Assembly: GCA_902796305.1 (NCBI GenBank)
Contig: CADBOJ010000072.1
Span: forward strand, 3,682 to 67,681
From: an uncultured bacterium
GTDB taxonomy: Bacteria; Cyanobacteriota; Vampirovibrionia; Gastranaerophilales; Gastranaerophilaceae
Length of the DNA stretch: 64,000 nucleotides
Direction: 5' to 3'
Positions 62,245-64,000 of this stretch are shown here, in pieces. The notes beneath the pieces were generated by a model. The model did not search any database. It was given only the letters and a program-made list of their open reading frames with translations, and was not told the origin of the DNA. Every line of letters starts with the position of its first letter. Positions within the stretch are counted from its first letter, which is position 1. Position numbers and translations under genes: made by a program.

Positions 62245-64000
62245 GCCATACAAGAAAACTTCAATCCGTTCAATCAGAGAATCGTTTATTCTTTTAATTT
62301 CTTCAAGTGTTGCCATATAAGTTTTAACATCCGGACAATTCGTATCTTCAATTACATCGGCAAAATCTTTTAAGAATATGAGAATAACCTCTCTGAGTAT
62401 AAGATTATTTTTCTCTTTTAATATTCTAAACAAACATTCTTTATGTTTTTCGCCGAGTTTTAGAATATTTTGAGTAACCGTTTTTTTAATTTTCAGTTCT
62501 TTTATCAGTTTATTGCTGATTTCATCAAGCTCTTTAAGCATATTCTTAAAATTTAACAAATTATCATGCATGGTGTTTACGTTTTTAAGTGCATGTTCTT
62601 TATCAAAATTAGGATTATAACCCGTTAAATCAAGTTGTTTTACGGGTGTTTCATCCTTTATTGCTTCTTCAAGCGGTATGTTTTCAAAACCGTTTATTTG
62701 CGCTCCGCCGGTACTTGAATTAATGAGTTTGATTTCCGGTTTTTGATTTTTCATTTCGTCTGCTGCATCGCTAAACCAGTCTATAAAAAGAGCATATCCT
62801 GTTTGTGTCGGAATATCTTTTCCATCCTGCCCTTTTACGGTATAAAGATTGTTATTTAAAAATTCTATGTTGTAATTTGCGGCATGAATGGCATATTCCA
62901 TAGCTCTTGATTCCGATACAAATGATTGAACATATTTATCAAAATTGTTTGCTTTAATTACATATTTTTTATTTTCTTCATCATATATGCATTCAAGTTC
63001 TTCAAACTGGCTTCCTTTTGCATAGCACTTTCCGTCCTGATATGCTAAATCCTGACCGCATAAGATTATCTTATCAAACCCCATAATATAAGCGCTCATT
63101 AATGCCGTATAGCTTACAGTCCCTTGAGATTTTAAATTTTCTTTAATTCCGAGACAATCTCTTAACCAGTAATTTATATAGTTATCGTTTGAAATATAGT
63201 TGATTGTTTTTAAATTATTTAATCTGTATGTTTGAACACTCGAAAACCCTTCCGTTATAAGATAGTAGTTTTCGCTTTCAAGTTGTTTAATCTGATGCGT
63301 TACATCTCTTGATTCTATCGAAACAACAAAATCCGGCATTATATTGTATTCTTTGAGAAGTTTTATTGTCGGATTTACCGCAAATATTATAAACTTATCT
63401 CTGTTATCTCTTATTGCTTCGATATTTTTTCTTAATGACGGACCGGCGGAAAGACATAGAGCAGTTTTGCCTTTGTAAATATCTTTAAAATCAAATATAT
63501 TCGGATATCTGAAAATATATTCAAGATTTTGAAAGGTATTTCTTATTGCGGTAGGTGCTGTCAGATGATAAGTATTTTCCGATGCGTTCTTTTCACCTTT
63601 TGCTTTTTGGGCAACTCTTATAATTTCGACGATGTCATCATTAAATAAATTTTTATAAAAAGGAAGAGTGGTTATTGTAAGAATAGTTTTAGAATCGGAA
63701 TATTTTGATACAATTTCTCTAAGGATTTTTTTATCATGGCATAAATAGACATTTTCTTTATATAATGCATCAATTTGAGCAAGTGATAGTACAAGTTTGA
63801 TTAAATCCAAATTTGGTTCATAAACTATTATTTTACCTTTAATTTCTTCAGACATTTTATCAACAAGGTATCCGAGCCCGAGTCCGTATATTACCCTTAC
63901 CGCATTAGGGTTTTCTTTATCTTTAATGGGAGCCGTTACATTTTTTGCTTCTTCAAGAGCGCCTTGCTGGCTGTGCACAGGGATATTATCGATAAATATA
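62215..64000 (-). CDS. motility-accessory-factor (Maf/DUF115, MptE-like) protein, 5' end possibly beyond the window
   Basis: CLSAGPSLRKNIEAIRDNRDKFIIFAVNPTIKLLKEYNIMPDFVVSIESRD and IILCGQDLAY. The frame stays open from GTG 63978 to the window edge. Confidence 0.7.
   Translation of the reverse strand, partial: IFIDNIPVHSQQGALEEAKNVTAPIKDKENPNAVRVIYGLGLGYLVDKMSEEIKGKIIVYEPNLDLIKLVLSLAQIDALYKENVYLCHDKKILREIVSKYSDSKTILTITTLPFYKNLFNDDIVEIIRVAQKAKGEKNASENTYHLTAPTAIRNTFQNLEYIFRYPNIFDFKDIYKGKTALCLSAGPSLRKNIEAIRDNRDKFIIFAVNPTIKLLKEYNIMPDFVVSIESRDVTHQIKQLESENYYLITEGFSSVQTYRLNNLKTINYISNDNYINYWLRDCLGIKENLKSQGTVSYTALMSAYIMGFDKIILCGQDLAYQDGKCYAKGSQFEELECIYDEENKKYVIKANNFDKYVQSFVSESRAMEYAIHAANYNIEFLNNNLYTVKGQDGKDIPTQTGYALFIDWFSDAADEMKNQKPEIKLINSSTGGAQINGFENIPLEEAIKDETPVKQLDLTGYNPNFDKEHALKNVNTMHDNLLNFKNMLKELDEISNKLIKELKIKKTVTQNILKLGEKHKECLFRILKEKNNLILREVILIFLKDFADVIEDTNCPDVKTYMATLEEIKRINDSLIERIEVFLYGLADSKPFIS

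Noticed and set aside
1-64000. Search for defence systems, toxin-antitoxin pairs, prophage or transposable elements
   Set aside because: I recognised no nuclease, helicase, methylase, reverse-transcriptase, integrase or transposase motifs, and no small bicistronic TA-like pairs. The uncharacterised genes present look like secreted or membrane proteins rather than defence modules.

Overview
Strongly AT-rich 64-kb chromosomal segment from a flagellated, diderm (outer-membrane-bearing), probably fermentative anaerobe. I can support about 55 protein genes, one tRNA and several terminators. All family calls come from motif recognition only, since no database search was possible.

Content by block:
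- Housekeeping: glnA, ribH, tyrA, pheT, galE, an lptF/G-type permease, an Omp85/BamA-type protein, a GH57 glucan enzyme and an orphan MalK-type ATPase.
- A group-B-like [FeFe] hydrogenase with a thioredoxin-like 2Fe-2S partner.
- Two flagellar blocks: fliF-fliG-fliH-fliI (6.9-12.0 kb, + strand) and, on the minus strand at 23.5-32.0 kb, SLT-flgF-flgG-flgA-flgH-flgI-rod-binding(FlgJ-N)-unknown-flgN-like-flgK-flgL.
- A chemosensory cluster at 55.5-62.2 kb: a CheA-REC hybrid, a sensor-less MCP, a REC protein with a degenerate GGDEF domain, and a tandem-CheW protein. A Maf/DUF115 flagellin-glycosylation-type gene follows and runs off the window end.
- An accessory-looking surface/secreted-protein region at 41-50.5 kb.

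The combination of P/L-ring flagella, a 3-POTRA Omp85, an [FeFe] hydrogenase and very low GC fits gut Vampirovibrionia/Melainabacteria-like organisms, but this is inference only.

No transposase, integrase, CRISPR array, rRNA or recognisable defence system is visible.

Most noteworthy observations:
1. In the 41-47 kb operon (glycosyltransferase, RgpF-like gene, giant RTX-type gene), all three genes have initiation or termination anomalies: an ATT start, no canonical start, and an in-frame TAA 30 codons after the SD+ATG.
2. A second large protein is built from an unusual 19-20-residue GND-type repeat and shares a C-terminal tail with the RTX protein.
3. A GC-rich tRNA-like element with a ~75-nt insertion in its T-loop sits directly 3' of tRNA-Leu(CAG) and repeats that tRNA's 3' end and trailer.
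4. A PAS/histidine-kinase-like protein lacks the phospho-acceptor His and the ATP-binding boxes.
5. A hypothetical protein carries a JAB/MPN-like E...HxHx6SxxD motif.
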